Source: Candidatus Omnitrophota bacterium (GTDB taxonomy: Bacteria; Omnitrophota; Gorgyraeia; Duberdicusellales; 4484-171). Taken from it: a stretch of 5,018 bases of DNA. Every line of letters starts with the position of its first letter. Position 1 is the first letter of the stretch. The position numbers and the translations under genes were made by a program. Under the pieces are notes generated by a model that saw only the letters and a program-made list of their open reading frames with translations, had not been told where the DNA came from and ran no database searches. Shown here piece after piece: positions 5,009 to 5,018 of this stretch. The stretch is taken from NCBI GenBank assembly GCA_021735045.1, contig JAIPHU010000027.1:1-5018 (forward strand), in the 5' to 3' direction.

Positions 5009-5018
5009 ATGAGAAAGA
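5009..5018 (+). CDS. 5' end of an unidentified CDS (MRK...), truncated by the window edge. Context suggests a pilin/pseudopilin but this is unproven.
   Basis: ATG at 5009-5011 lies 7 nt downstream of a perfect GGAGG (4997-5001, within AAAGGAGGT 4994-5002). It is the first ATG after the in-frame TAA at 4967-4969. Only 3 codons are visible. A basic Met-Arg-Lys start is compatible with a prepilin leader but is far from diagnostic. Confidence 0.45.

Noticed and set aside
4966-5018. Open frame starting at ATA 4966 after the first SD-like 9-mer, translating IKKGAQGFKQRRSHDEK. The 'KKGAQGF' superficially resembles a prepilin leader cleavage site.
   Set aside because: ATA is not a normal start codon. 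The residues after G-F are charged (KQRRSHDEK) where a type IV pilin has the hydrophobic TLIE helix. ATG 5009, with optimal SD spacing and in another frame, is the far better start.

Overview
AT-rich window (roughly one-third G+C by eye) holding a co-directional + strand operon fragment of the type IV filament (type IV pilus / T2SS-like) assembly machinery. It carries two tandem full-length PilB/GspE-family hexameric ATPase genes (75..1793 and 1809..3512) and one PilC/GspF inner-membrane platform gene (3570..4778). A 230-nt intergenic region follows, then the first 10 nt of another + strand gene (ATG at 5009, 'MRK'). By context that gene could be a pilin or pseudopilin, but this cannot be shown from 3 codons. 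All ATPase signature motifs can be read directly from the translations. I see no rRNA, tRNA, CRISPR array, transposase, integrase or recognisable defence gene, and no evidence for a wholly new system. Points worth follow-up: (i) two diverged full-length PilB-like paralogs occupy the slot where many clusters have pilB-pilT, and each deviates at a different His-box position (TGE in paralog 2, HTT in paralog 1); (ii) a CG-rich 7-bp tandem repeat, (T[A/C]GAACG)x4, sits directly upstream of a near-consensus TTGACA-17-TGnTACACT promoter for the downstream gene; (iii) the leader carries an exact duplicated 9-mer AAAGGAGGT plus further GGA motifs; (iv) a bipartite motif TTGAGT-N8/9-ATATTATTTTT is shared by the region upstream of the first ATPase and the region upstream of the last gene. 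All functional interpretations of the non-coding elements are hypotheses.
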